A stretch of 64,000 nt of DNA. It comes from Lingula anatina (taxonomy: Eukaryota; Animalia; Brachiopoda). Shown one piece after another: positions 13,501-27,200 of the stretch. Where the stretch lies: assembly GCA_051362555.1 (NCBI GenBank), contig CM120642.1:10974001-11038000 (forward strand), given 5' to 3'. The notes under the pieces were generated by a model that did not search any database, was not told the DNA's origin, and worked only from the letters and a program-made list of their open reading frames with translations. Made by a program: the position numbers and the translations under genes. Within the stretch, counting starts at the first letter, position 1. Every line of letters starts with the position of its first letter.

Positions 13501-16500
13501 GAGCTAATACAAATGACCCAAAAATGTTTGTTCCCTAAAACTGTGTAAGTCAATTCAAATTCAAGTGGCCATGAAATGTCATTTAAAGATGTAATAAAAT
13601 ACTGCAAGTTACCTCTTCATCTGGGCATTTCATGGTGCAAGACGAGCCAGAGTCGTAGCGGTCTGTGCAGGCATAAAGGCCATAATATTGTAAACCCGGG
13701 GGATCGCACGTGACTTTATCACAATCAGCTCCAAACCAACTGCCGTCCCCCATGCAGGTCTTGTGAAACGTCCTCCTTCAAAGAATAAGTCAAAAAAGAT
13801 GATCGACCGCTCCTGCTTTCAAAAGGTCGAGTGATTCGGATCAAATTAAAATAAAAATCCTTTTTGGACGTGTGCTATTGACGTGAACATTCATAACTGA
13901 ATATGGGATAAGCTTAAAATTCTATAACATAAAATGAGTTGCAATAAATATTTCCAAAGGTTTGTTTTGCTACTCAGAACTTCCAATAGATCGACCTACC
14001 TGGATTTCGCCATGGAGGTGACATGGTACCCTCTCTGACACCTGAATTTGCATTTGGTTCCGGGGTCCAGTTCATTTTCCTTGCACTGAACTGTGGCCAG
14101 CATGGCGTTAGTCGGGCTGGGTGGGCGCGGACACTTTACTTGACAGTAAGCCACGGGAAGAGACCACAGGCCATCGGAATCGCACGTGACCGTATTGTCT
14201 GTTCCTGTAGAAAGGAATTAATCTCATGCCATTCCTAGTACATTCACATGCAACTTTGTATATTTATCAAGTTTTATTTGTACAACAGACCCTACATCTA
14301 AATCAACCTTACGGATTTCCCTATTTGTAACTAACGTACAATGGCCATGCTATTTACAAAACACCCACCTCTTAACAAAGCTGGTGGGTTGCAGTTAAAG
14401 ATGCACTGGTTCCCAAAACTGGTACCATCAGGACAGACGCTGGTGGCAAACCGAATTCGTGGCTCTCCACACTGTATGGGGACACACATGAGGTCCCGCC
14501 CTGTCCAAACGCCGGCCACACACACGATATCTTCTTGGTGGGAACGGCTAAGGGTATAACTGAGGAAACAAAACACACATGAATAGATTCTCATATTGAT
14601 ATAAGAACGTTATTCTTAGCCAAGTAAATATTTGAGTACCAAACTAAATACATTATATTTCATCCATCGCTTGATCATTTCCATCTCTTCGGTGAAAAGG
14701 AATAAAAGATTGAAGGCACCGTAGATTGGACAAATGAAAAACAAATTGTTTGATGCGTAAAGTAATTTTACTAGATAAATATATGCCTTCCTTTTTATAC
14801 AGCCTCTGAAATGAAATACTCCCAAACACCTTAAATTTTGCCAAAAGCAGTAATATTTAACCATGTGTTATCATGTTTCAATTACCCGTCATGGCAAGTC
14901 ACATCACAGGTGTCGCCATCTTCAGTCCCGGTGCAGTGTACCTCTGCGTTTTCGACAGTATATTGTCCGCATACAGGGAGTGTACAGCTGTAAGCTGAGC
15001 AACGTCCAGTGCTAGGGTTGTACAGCTCTTGATCCGTGCATTGGCTGATTGTAATGGGGTCCAAATGTTTGGAAGACCGAAGGCGAACAGCTGCTATTGC
15101 CACATTTGGGGACGTAAACTTTATTAAAACACCTAAGAAGTCAAAAGAGATTCAAAATTGTATAATAACCCATTTGGAAGACTTATCCGAAATTTTTGGT
15201 AGAAAAATGGGCCCGTTTGATAGTTGAATAAAAGACCATCTAAACGACATCACAAATTTGCTGTAAGAAAAAAAAATTCATATAGGCCTATTAGGTTTCT
15301 GAGAATCAACGATCACTAAAACATTCCCATGACATTATATAATTGCCCTAATCAACATACCTTTTGTTTTAAAGAATGGTTTACTTAAATCATGTTGCAC
15401 CCCAATTTCGACAGGATTGTCCCTACAACGGAGTTCCACCTCTTTGTGCCCGACAGGGTGCAGTTCCCCATTCTCATCAATTAGCTCGACATTTATGGTG
15501 GTCACCTCGCGGGAGTACTCCATAAGGCCATCAGAACCTATGTACACTATGACCATGGACGCTATGGCAGGACGCTGGAAGGACACCTTGAGCCAGAACT
15601 GTTCCCCGGTGCCGTAACCGCCGCATGGGTACCACGAGTGAACAGGGTCTATTTCTGGACCGCACACCTGCAAAACATTGGATCCTATGAACGACTGTTA
15701 CCGCCAAAATAATCGGCGACATGGCTGTCCAGATCAGGTCCGGCCTGATTATGGATATTACATTATGGATACAGCAACTAATAAGAAAACATAAATGTCA
15801 TTTTAAGAGAAAGTTGCATAGATGTCTACGTTGCCCAAAGCATTTTGACGATATTTGTATTTTTAAATGTGCAGGTGTGTCTCATGAATTGTCATTAAAT
15901 TTTTTTTTAAATATTTACTTGACCCTTTCTCATCTTCTATGGTGCCCCATCCCCAACCCCATATAAACAGTATTACAAGCGAAATCAAAGAATGAGACAT
16001 AACCAACCTCATCCCTGTGCCCTACAAATTATAATGTACTAAAATTGTCTTCGTCGACTGCTTTATACATGTACATCTCTTTGCCCCGATTCGCAGGGCA
16101 CTTCTATCATCTTAACGTCGCCCTTAGCAAGATGTTGGATTAGCTAATACATATTTATTGTAGAATGTGAAGATTCTTATATTGCATGCAGGCATTTCTG
16201 TAACGTGAGATGCAAATTAAAAAAAAAAAAACCGCTTTAAACAAACTGATAAGGCCATACTTATACGCGTCTGATCAAAACACCATAAAAGTTTTTGGCC
16301 ATAAAGAGCACTTGTTAAGTAATAATATTATGAAGGTGGTACTAAAATTATCTAGACTTTCATCAATAAAATACCTGCGGGTGTGTGGGTGGCCCAATGA
16401 CCACCGACTCTGGACATGACCTCCGCTGGTAGACGGGGTTAGCAACTGCTCCGGCTGCCCACTGGTCAAAGTGTCCGAGCGGGGTGTAGTAGCCGCAGTC

Positions 16501-19500
16501 TTCCACACTTATTTGCTTCTCGAACTCCTCACACACACCGTCGCCGTCATGGCGATAACACAGACTAGGGGAACCTTCAAACATGGGGGTTTAAATCAAA
16601 CTATTTTGACTTTCTTATTATTTTCGGTCACCTGTACCATGCTGTCACTTAATATATTTTATACGGTTCCATATGGCTGTATCTTCACGTATTAAATTAT
16701 TGAAATATCGACAGAAATTCCGCTTCCAACTTGACCAATATTACATGTATATTAGACATATTAGTTTCAGTATTACCTCTGCATTTAAAGAACTCCTCTG
16801 TCATGCAGTCAATGGAACAGCCATCACCATCAGCGGCATTTCCGTCATCGCACTGTTCGTTTGAATCCCTGGGAATGTATTCCAAGTTTATGATTAACAC
16901 TCATAATATCTTAACAAAAAAGAAAACAAGATGCATCTAAACAATATATATTACACAATCGCATGACTTTTTGTGGTCTTAGTTTGTCCATTTTTTGTAT
17001 GTTATGGAATACTGAAATTAAACTGAATTATAGTTTTTTTTTCGGTTTCGAGACAATTCACAGAGAAAAGAAACCAAACATTAATGAATCTGAAATGGTA
17101 TCACAGCCAGCTACAAAATATACTGGTGTAGAAGACAACTTACAGATGACCATCTCCGCAAAACGGACTCCCATGGACATAGCTAATCGCCGGGGACAGC
17201 GCGCTGCCCTTGCCGTCCACTAAAGCCTGGATGCGGTACGTGTAGTTCGTGTCAGCTGCCACACTCCTGGTCGGAAATCCGATAAAAAAAGACTCATGGA
17301 ATATTTTCTATATGCAGAGAGAGGCTTTCCATTTTAAATTTGGTAGTATAAATTCTTTAAGGCAAAATGGGTGAATCGCACATGTGCGTGTGTGTGTGGG
17401 GGGGGGGGGGGGGTATTCAATCTATATGCCCTAAAACAAATTTTGGTCGTGAAACCAAATTTTTTTACCTTTTTACGCATCTCCATCCTTTCCTCAAACA
17501 CGCATCTGAGATACTTTGGTGAGTTTCGGTAGGATCGAGTGACATTTATCACAATGAAGCTATCGTTTTACGAAGATCGATCCTACTCCAAATGAACTAT
17601 CCCTGAATGCAATCAGATTGGCAAACAAACAGGTTCCTCCTGGAGTTGAGTAGAATGCAGGAAAGCTGGTCATTATACGAGTAGGTATGAAACAAGAGGG
17701 GTGTGAATCTCTCAATCTGATTGCATTCAGCGAGAGTCCCCGCTGAGTTGGATTGACCTACATCGTACAAAGAGAAGTGGGTCAACCAAGGAATACGTGT
17801 AGGCCGGAGTGACCGACCCAATACGGTACAATGTCAGGCAGTCATCATTTGGGTTATCAAAGTTATACTTGGGCATTACATGTACCTTGCTGACAGCTAA
17901 TTCGGGACTGTCATTGGTCGGGTAAGACGGAAATTGCCCAAGCAACCGATCTATCAGTTTAAATATAGGCTTTTTTCAGTAAATATTTATAAATATATAT
18001 ACATGCAGCATGCTTCATATAACCTTCGTTGTATTCTGAGCACGTATTTGTGCCATATCATTATCATTTCGAAACTCGTCAACTTAATTTATGACAGTAG
18101 GCCCCTTTGTCCACTTAGACATATGAAGCACCTTCACCTATAATTTTCATGTTGTTTTGCCATTTACCCTTAAATTGGACCTTCCCTAATATCCATGGCA
18201 CTGTGACCATACAGTTGCAATATAAATGTACAGATAAAAACTTCTATTTTTAAAACTTAACCTATAAACTCAACTTATAATATTACCTTTCCTCACCTGT
18301 CAATTAATTTACATTCATCTACTGCTGCCGGGGCTCCGTCGGGGAAGCTGGGCTCACGATATACTTTGTATTTGAGAGGCCTGCAGCGAGTACAGTTGGG
18401 ATGGTTTGGCTTAGAGACGAGCTCAACGGCATCTATGCCGACCCACGGCTTGCTGGTGTAGATACGAACCTGAGTGACAAAATGCCGGGGGATTATGCAA
18501 CAGAAAATATATTATAATGGGACTTTTTGATAATGCTGAAATAAACCCAGACCCCGTTTTACGAAAGAACTTTAGTCGAGAACGGGTCTTAAAAGCTCCG
18601 AAATTATAGGAGTGAGTTGACCCAGGAAAATAAGCAGTCGTCGCCAAATAAATAAAAATATTGGACCTGATAAACATAAAGTAGGGAATGATAAGGGCTA
18701 AATGTATAAACGTTGCTATGTTGACAACATATCCATCCTGGATCAAAATAGATAGAAATGGTTCAGAGTAAGAACAACTTCAACTTTATGAAATTCATGA
18801 AAGGGGGGGAGGCATGTAAAACTCGAGTAGACTGACACGGAAGTACCCAGAAATAAAATGATGATTTCAAAGCTGCTGTGCATATATTACGATTTCATTA
18901 TCTTTACAACTTCATAAATCGACACTTGTTTTTAATTTTTGTTTGGATTGTCAAATTTCTGTTTGCAGTCTTTCCTAGCAGAAAGAATATAAAATGCTAA
19001 TTTTAAAGTATCGAGTTTGTCCGTGAAAACATTTTTTTGAATATTTTCGTTAACAGCTCATCGGCCTTGAATATTCCATCAGACAAAAAAAACTTTCTAA
19101 CGTATAATTACAAAAGTCATCTCTTTAAAAGGTCGGGCATTAAGTATTGTGATTGTATCCCTCGTGTTATAAAACATGTGATTTATTACAAATATCAACT
19201 GGACAACGGCATCATTGATCGTAAATCCGATCCGATGTGCAGATCAAGTATCTTGTTTATCAAGAAGAGTCCTTCCGTCTAAAAAGGAGTCAAGCAAGGC
19301 GACACAGTATTTTATGACCTTTACTTTACAGTCCCAGCAACAATTTAAAGGACCATATAGCCTTTTAAATCACAGTCCAGGTGATTGTTTAATAGACCGG
19401 ACCCAAATACGGTATCACACTGACAAAGGCCAAAGTCAAAAATACTATATACTTCACATTTTTGAAACAGAAGTGACAGTGATGTATTTGAGAAATAGGT

Positions 19501-21140
19501 ACATTGAGCCTTCGTGTCTTTCAACGGGATTCAGATGTGAGAGGGGTTGCTAAGATCTAGTTCACTCGCAGTGCCATCCAACTAAGCTTTGAACCGGTCC
19601 TGAATCGGCCTAAGAGGACCGCGCGATCATTTTTTTATCACATTGCGTATAAATCCGTAATTCGGCATGCTTGAGCAACAACTTTGACTAATTGCAGTCA
19701 CAAGTGTACGCATGGTTGGCTTAATATTGCACACTTTTCGTTTATATCAGATAAATGTCACCATCTTTGGACAGCATGGCAGTAATTACAAATGTAGGTT
19801 GTAGAAAGTTTACTGAATCACCGCATGCTGAGGTCCCTTCACGGCGTACTCATTGACTTGTGCATAATTTGTCCGCTACGATAATGTATAGATTTGTATA
19901 TTTGTTATAAAGTTGTTATGATTAGAATAGAGAGCCTGTAAAATGTAACTTGTACACATTTTAGTGCTCAATACAGATTATTATTATTATAATCTGAACC
20001 GAACCAGTCCAATCGCAATACAGGGAAAGCTTGGGGGGGGAAACGTGTGAACGACCCCTAGATAGCCCTCGATTTCCGTTTATTTTCAACTCTCTGCGCG
20101 CCTCAAACCCCTGAGCGTACGATTAAGGATCGAGCAAGGATTTGTCCTTTTGAAAGCACATTGTTGACGTTTAGGCAAGTATTCGTTTATCTTAAATCAT
20201 TTTGATCACATGTACTAGTAAATATATGACATTTTGCGAATTAAAAATTGTCACAAATTCACTCTTTAGTCCAGATTGGAAAGGGAAAACAACAATATAA
20301 TGTTAAGAAGGCGTTTATATTTACGATAGATACATGTAGCAACGGATTTTTAAAGCACAAATTGAAAAGTTTCATTTAGTTTTATTTTCATATTTTAGGC
20401 GAGGGCGCGGAAAAACGTTGCATCTTGGCCAGTTTATTCATTTTAATTAGGGACCATTTTCAACAGCTCGACAAAATGCAATGTAGCATAGTTTACATTC
20501 TTCTTATTAACTTCGTGTACCTTCACACAGCGTCCACATTAGGTGAGTGTACGTATGTTAAAAAACGATTTAAAAAACCGTCACGCTTTCCGGTCCAGCG
20601 CATTTTGCTGGATTTGAATATATGCAACAACAGTTAACACACATTTTGTCCTAAAATTGGCCATAACAGTTCTTAAGTAGTATGAGACAAGTACTAAAAG
20701 AGGCAAGCTGTCGCAGTTATTACATGTTATATTGATTAAAATAACGCCAATACTATTCATAAATATTATTCATCAAGAATTCTCGAAAAAAAAACTATGT
20801 ATTCAATTTTATATGCTATTATTTAAAACTTCAGCTCGCGTTATTTTGTTATGGTCATGCACCCCATTTCCATAGATTAGATCGACCTACTTTGGATCGA
20901 CCTAACTCCCTGGGGGTTCGCGCTGAATAGCTGTCAGCCGGGCGGACACGAAATTTAATTGCCCCTTACGGCTTGTAGTGGGCGGGGACGGACACTTAAG
21001 GGGGATTATCTGACGGTAGTCTGGTGAGACTCCCCGCGGTGATAGATCGATCTAAAGTTGTGGGAACAGACCCATGGAGGTGGAACGCCGTCTTTTGTTA
21101 ATGACACAAAAGTCAATCAAAATAAATATCCGAATTCTAT

Positions 21141-21174
<34 letters not shown>

Positions 21175-21177
21175 TCA

Positions 21178-21228
<51 letters not shown>

Positions 21229-24200
21229 AATCAAAACGAATAATATTCCATCATTTTTGCAACACACTCTCTTTCTTTTTCTTTTTCTTTTTTTCGATGA
21301 AGCATGTCCTCCAAATCTCGCCCCTTCGTCCGACCGCCGTCATCTCTATGGACCAAAGAAGAGCACTTCAGTGACTTTGTTCGATTGTGAAAAGTCATGC
21401 GTCGTTAACAAGCCATCCTTGACCTCATCTTTCACGTCGTGCGATGAAGAAACATGCGGAACCAAATTCGGAAAAATATTTCTTGAAGCCAATAGGTCGA
21501 CAGATCTGAGTACCCTACACATTGATACTCCTTTACATATAAGGTTTATAGGAAATGGGGTGAGTTATCTCCGCCAAGAAGGTTATGTTTTTGGTTCCGT
21601 TGGTCTGTTTGTGTGCTTGTCGCTTTGCCCGTCTGTCTGTTGGCTACATTAAGGAAAAATTTGTGGGCGCATTTTAATAAAAAATTCAAGAACTGTCGGA
21701 AGGGGACCGAGTAACAAACAATGAGATAGAGGTGATCTGTTAATTAAAGTTAATGATTAATTAACCATCTGTCTGTCTGTTTCCTAGCAACAGTATAGAA
21801 AATTGCCGTAGAAAATTCTCTTTCAGTGTTTTTCTAGTTTATTACATACACTGTATCAGTTAACTGCAGTAGGAAAACATTTTTACAACTTTCAGATTAC
21901 GATATTTTATATCTCTACACAGGCCCTCGGCAATTTTTTATTCGTCGATAAATGTAGGGGGTCACGATATGGGGCAATTCTGTCCATTTGAAAGACTAGA
22001 AGAACGCATTTATATGCGAAACCGTAACGACTCTATGGATCGTTTAAAAAAAATCTAAGAGCCTAAAAAAATATCGGAAAATATCCATTCTATTTTAGAT
22101 TTGCTTCTCGTGGAGCTACTCATGCACGGGTCGGTTAAAACACGGCTGTGAAGACACCTGCTACTCCGAGTGTCACTCCACGATGGCGGAGGAGGTGACA
22201 TTACATTACGATACTAAGTGGAATGGAGAGGCCAAACCACTTGGGGTCACCGGTAAAACTGAACGCTTTGTAAAGTTTAAACTCGGTAAGTGTACGTACT
22301 CTGCGTAAAATCAGCTAAAAAATCATCTGTCAAATTAGACGCGCTATATTATATTTTACATTAATATATATTAAATTTGTCTTCAAATGATTTTCATTGC
22401 CTGGCAGTGGTTGCGCTAGTTGAGCGTGGCTCTGATACGCAATCGGTAATAAGTGTGTCAGATTTGTGTTATGTGTGGTGCAGGGCAAAGTGTGCTCGTC
22501 AGAAAAGCCTTTTCATCATATTATGAAAAGGCTTTTCATTATAACAGTAATTAATTGACTGTTACATAGAATTCTACGTTATCTCCCAAACCTTATATTT
22601 ATTGCCAAGGTAGACAACAGCGGTATTTTTTTAACTTTCAGAGCAACTTTCAGCTGGAATTAGTGGGAGTAAGAGAAGCTGGAGTACACACTCCCTGCTA
22701 ATGTCGGTCACGCTTCTCATAACTGTCACTATGTGCACCAGAGTGTAACGTTGGCGGTTTAATCAAGTCTAAGACAGAATTATGAGGAAATCGAAAGGAC
22801 AACCCTTGCGAGTGAGATAACACACATCGCAGGATTGCAATATTTTAGTCGGAACTATTGCGCATATCGTCCAAACTTTACGCTCTCTGATTTTTAACGA
22901 CATATATGATAGTAGGCCCAGTTGGTGTTATGGATCTATACATCAGTGCACGGCGCCATCATGAAAGTAACACTGCTTCACAACAAATTGACATTAAAGA
23001 ATCCTAAATCGTCAGGTTGTGCGTTATAGTGCATACCTAGAACGTTGTTATCACAACAGCGATACTGTGCATATCGGGTATGTGTACAAGCTTTCTTATT
23101 TTCAAAACTTCTGCCTGTTCTAAGACAGAATATTCATAATTTATTTTAAGATTTCGGTTTCATCATTTACACAGAATATAAGGTTAAATATACATGTTGC
23201 AGTGGGTATGTAACTGTAACGTATATATCAACTTAGATATTGCATTCATACAGCTTTAGTAAATCATTTTAAGGACATTTTAAAATCAAATAAAATGAGG
23301 ACAACAATTCTTACCAAATAATTGTCGGTTTGATCAGTTAAAACAACTTCTCCATTGTTCTAGAAGTTTGTGTACAAAAATTTAATCACATATATGTATC
23401 CAAATGGTTTGTCAACAAAATGCACATACCTTGTTCACTTTTTGGTTGACGTCAAGGTGAGTTGTGAATGGCATATCACAGAACACTGTTATTAGACCCA
23501 AGGATACGGTGGTGCCATCTATGAAGTGGAGCTCAACGTCCGCTATGGCGTCCACGGTGTTCCACGTCACCCACAACAACAACCTGTCCAGTGTGAATGC
23601 ATATATTTCATTATCAAAATGCATTAAATGTGTTTGTTTCTGTGCACTGACCATAGTTCTAGGTCACGCCTTACTAAAGAGTTAGTAACTACTTTGGGAG
23701 GAAAATTTTGGATATTGGCTTGCCTTCCTTTCGCAATTTAAGAGGAACCAAATGCATCAAGTGTTTTAGACCCAAAAGTACTATATGTAAGATGTTTAAT
23801 TATTACGTCAAATTGTGTGATCGAAATGATGAAATTAATGTCATTGATACATGTATATCAGGCATGCTTGCTTTGAACAATAAATGTTTGCAAATTAATC
23901 TCTTTTCTATTTCCCGATATATATAAACATTGATAGTTACATGTACATTTAATAAACAACAATTAGGCATATCTTGAGAATGTAATCTTGTAAAACGATT
24001 TACCCTCTCTTTCGTTCTCTCCGACATCACACATGTACAGGTATAACCTACCTAGTGGGAATAACCGGTACACTAAAGCCGACGTCTATGAAGCAATCCA
24101 TATCACAGAAATCCTGCTCAGAGAACCAAATACCTTGACTAGGAGTGCACCTGTCAGCATCTGGGGCTCCTGTAAGAACATGTTTGTTTAGAAAAAAATA

Positions 24201-27200
24201 TTAATCGTCTGCTTGATACATTCATATGTTGAAAAAGTGTGAACACTCAGAAATTTTAATTGAATTTAATCAATATTCATTCTTTTCCCAAACTATTTTG
24301 TCCCAATAAGTTACAATGATGGCAACGGGTTTGTCTGTTCGCTGGTCAAAATCAGAGCACGGCTTGTTGGTCTTCGATCACAACTGAGAAAAATCGATTA
24401 AAAATCGTTAACCCACCTAAGACCTCGTCCGGTGTGACCATGACAGTCATATTCCCAGGGTTGGAAGAGGTCGCAGAGGTGGCGTACTGGCCCAGAGAGT
24501 CGTCCTGGTGACACAGAGAACAGAACTGATTCACATCGTCCTCGTTCTGGGTGTTGAGAGGAGGAATCCACGCCAAAGTCACCGTGTCTGCGGCAGTGTT
24601 AAGTATCTGGAGTAGAAATCTAGACGAATGTCAAATGTTCTTATTGTGATTTCAGTACACAATAATCAGTTATTTATCTTTGCATTACTGATTTTGAATG
24701 GGCAAATTCCTCATTTTGTGTATGTTTGCAGTTGAAACCTATTTCGATGGTGAAAAAAATTCAAGTAATTTTCAGTATTTCAAGAGTTTAGCGTTTCATG
24801 TTTGAATGCCAGCATGAAAGGTCCATCTCCGCAGAGTCTGTTGTGTTTACGTTTTGGTCAAACAACGGACATATTTAGTCCAGTTTGGACTTACCCTTGG
24901 TGCAATTGGTATTGGTGAAGGTTCCCTCCCAGTCATCCAGGTCCCGTACCTCAGATCGGCGTAACAGTGAAGACGGGCCACCTGCTGAGGAGTGAAATGA
25001 TCCGTACAATTGTCTCCTTCTATAAAACACAAAGACAAAGTAAAGAAATTGATGGATCGAACGTTGGACAATAAACAAGTCGAAAAATGACCACGTGTCC
25101 ACGTGGTTCAATAACTTTAAGACCCAAGCCAAAAGTCGAATGTTCAAGTTAGATATCAACATAACGAACAGCCATTTTGTGTATTTTGAGTATGACATGT
25201 AATTCGACAGTTGCCCGATATTTCTGAAGCAAACCTATATTCCAACCATTTTGTCATTGTTTCGGGTATACTGTTTATTCCAGACTCAGTGACAAGTTGC
25301 CATGCCATACAAAGTTTCATATACCTGCGTAACTCATGTAGTTTCGGTACGGCGTGTTTTTGTAAACTGTCCCTGAGCACGTAACTTCATCCGGGTCTCG
25401 GCATTTGGAATTCATCGGAGTAGGGTTTGTATCTGAACACAAATCCCCGAGCTCCAAAGAAGGGCGTGACTCGGCGCACTGGTCATCACATCGGAGGTCA
25501 GAGACGCCATGATGCACGTGAAGGAGACCCAGGACGTGTCCTACCTCGTGGACTAGGGTGGACATAAAGCCTGGACGTCCATACCGGCTAGCATCGATAA
25601 CGACTCCCCCTAAAACACAGAACATTGGCATATAAACGTTTACAAAGGGACACATTCGACGACCTGGAAGCGTTTGAATCTGCAATTCAGTAAGGAAGAC
25701 ATTATTTTCCATTATGTTCCACTCACATTATAATTTCTTTTCTTCTACATTACGTCTTCTCGTATTTTCAAACATGTCTCAATGTCTTTTAGAGGCAAAC
25801 GCATTTGACTTACTATCCAATTATAACATTATTAATTACCTCCGCCCAGGAGGTCGTGTTTTGTTTGTTAGTTCGCCACCAATTTAACTCAAAAATTTAC
25901 GGACGGATTTTGATGAAATTTTTAGGATATGTCGGCATGGGCTAACTTTAAAAGGATTATATTTTGGTGTTGGTTCAATGATTAAGTAATGGTTAATTAT
26001 TAGTTAATTGTTTGTCTTGGCGATGTCTGCGTTCTCTAGGTGCTTTTCTAGTTTTGCTTATTTTCATCGATGAATCAACCTAGTACAGAAACGTGCCAAT
26101 TCACTTGTACAAGTAAAATGTTACTTCAAAAACATTTTAGCGCCAATCCTATATATGCTTGGCTTGTTCTTAAAAGGCCTTACTTAAAGCCCTAACAACA
26201 TGTGCTAACCTTTACTTCCAAAGACATCATACTAGTGCCTGCCAATACGTGCTTACAGAATTGTTCCCATAAAACCTCACCCAAAAGCACTGGCAGCCCT
26301 TATACCTGTACCTTGTTCTTCTAAAGCCCCTTTCTCCCAGGGGTATGTGGCCTGTCCAAGGATACTGGCTGCAATCAACTCTGGGACGAACACGTTCAGG
26401 TGTGATTTGCTGGATATATTTAACATGGCTTTGTATTCAGACAAGGTCAGGTAGGTTCTGAAACATACAATTTTATGATAGTCCTATAGAACCTCTGATA
26501 TGATCTGTTTAATTTCATACAAAGGCATTTTTGCTGTGACTCGAAAAGGTGAAATACGTAGTTTTTGAATTTGTTTTATTTGGAAATAAGATTGACGATT
26601 TTTATCTACTTTCCATGTTGATCAAATTTCAAGGGCAAGTCTCTCAATCTAACGCCAAAATCTATACAGACACCTTCAAAAGATTATTTCAACGGCTACA
26701 CCACGTCTTTGCGCTGTCATACGTTATGGAACGCCGTTGAACGAGATCGACTAAGACACGTGTTGTTCTCACCTGTGTGGCGACTCGGGGTCTATGCAAT
26801 GTCCTCTGTCACCGGTCTCACAGCAGTCACCCCCGTCCCAGCCATAGCGGTACTGGTTACAGTTCAGGTCACAATAATGGTTCCCTTTGTAAAAAAAATA
26901 TGAATTAGATTTGAAAACTGCAATGGATGTTTCACCCTTAAGAAAGCGTTATAAGAATCGCATAATTTTAAATCTAATTCTCTCTCTCTCTCTCTGTGTG
27001 TGTGTGCACTTTGTATGTGTGTGTGGGCATCATCCGTGATAGCCTAAAACGAGGCTGTATTGAAGCCATGCCGTCAAACGTGCAAGAATCCGAGCGAGGT
27101 GGGGTTAACATTGAGGGTGAAATTCTATGCACTGAAAATATCCGATTGTCATCTTTAAAAGCAAAACAATAGTGATACACAAATCACAGTGAAGTTGTAT

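Noticed and set aside
21074-21302. 5' part of the 192-aa ORF with HTHT repeats; also poly-N/I/L/CV ORFs at 31357-31706, 35246-35718, 38966-39202
   Set aside because: Translations of microsatellites; only 21303-21559 of that ORF is a plausible exon.
21303-22285. Calling the nested 10-Cys GPI-like protein a Ly6/uPAR three-finger protein, TIMP, IGFBP or stanniocalcin
   Set aside because: It lacks CCxxxxCN (Ly6), N-terminal CxC (TIMP) and GCGCCxxC (IGFBP), and the Cys spacing does not fit stanniocalcin; family left unassigned.
22400-22480. tRNA/SINE A-box-like GGCAGTGGTTGCGCTAGTTG
   Set aside because: No B box (GTTCRA) or cloverleaf; lies in an intron of the nested gene.
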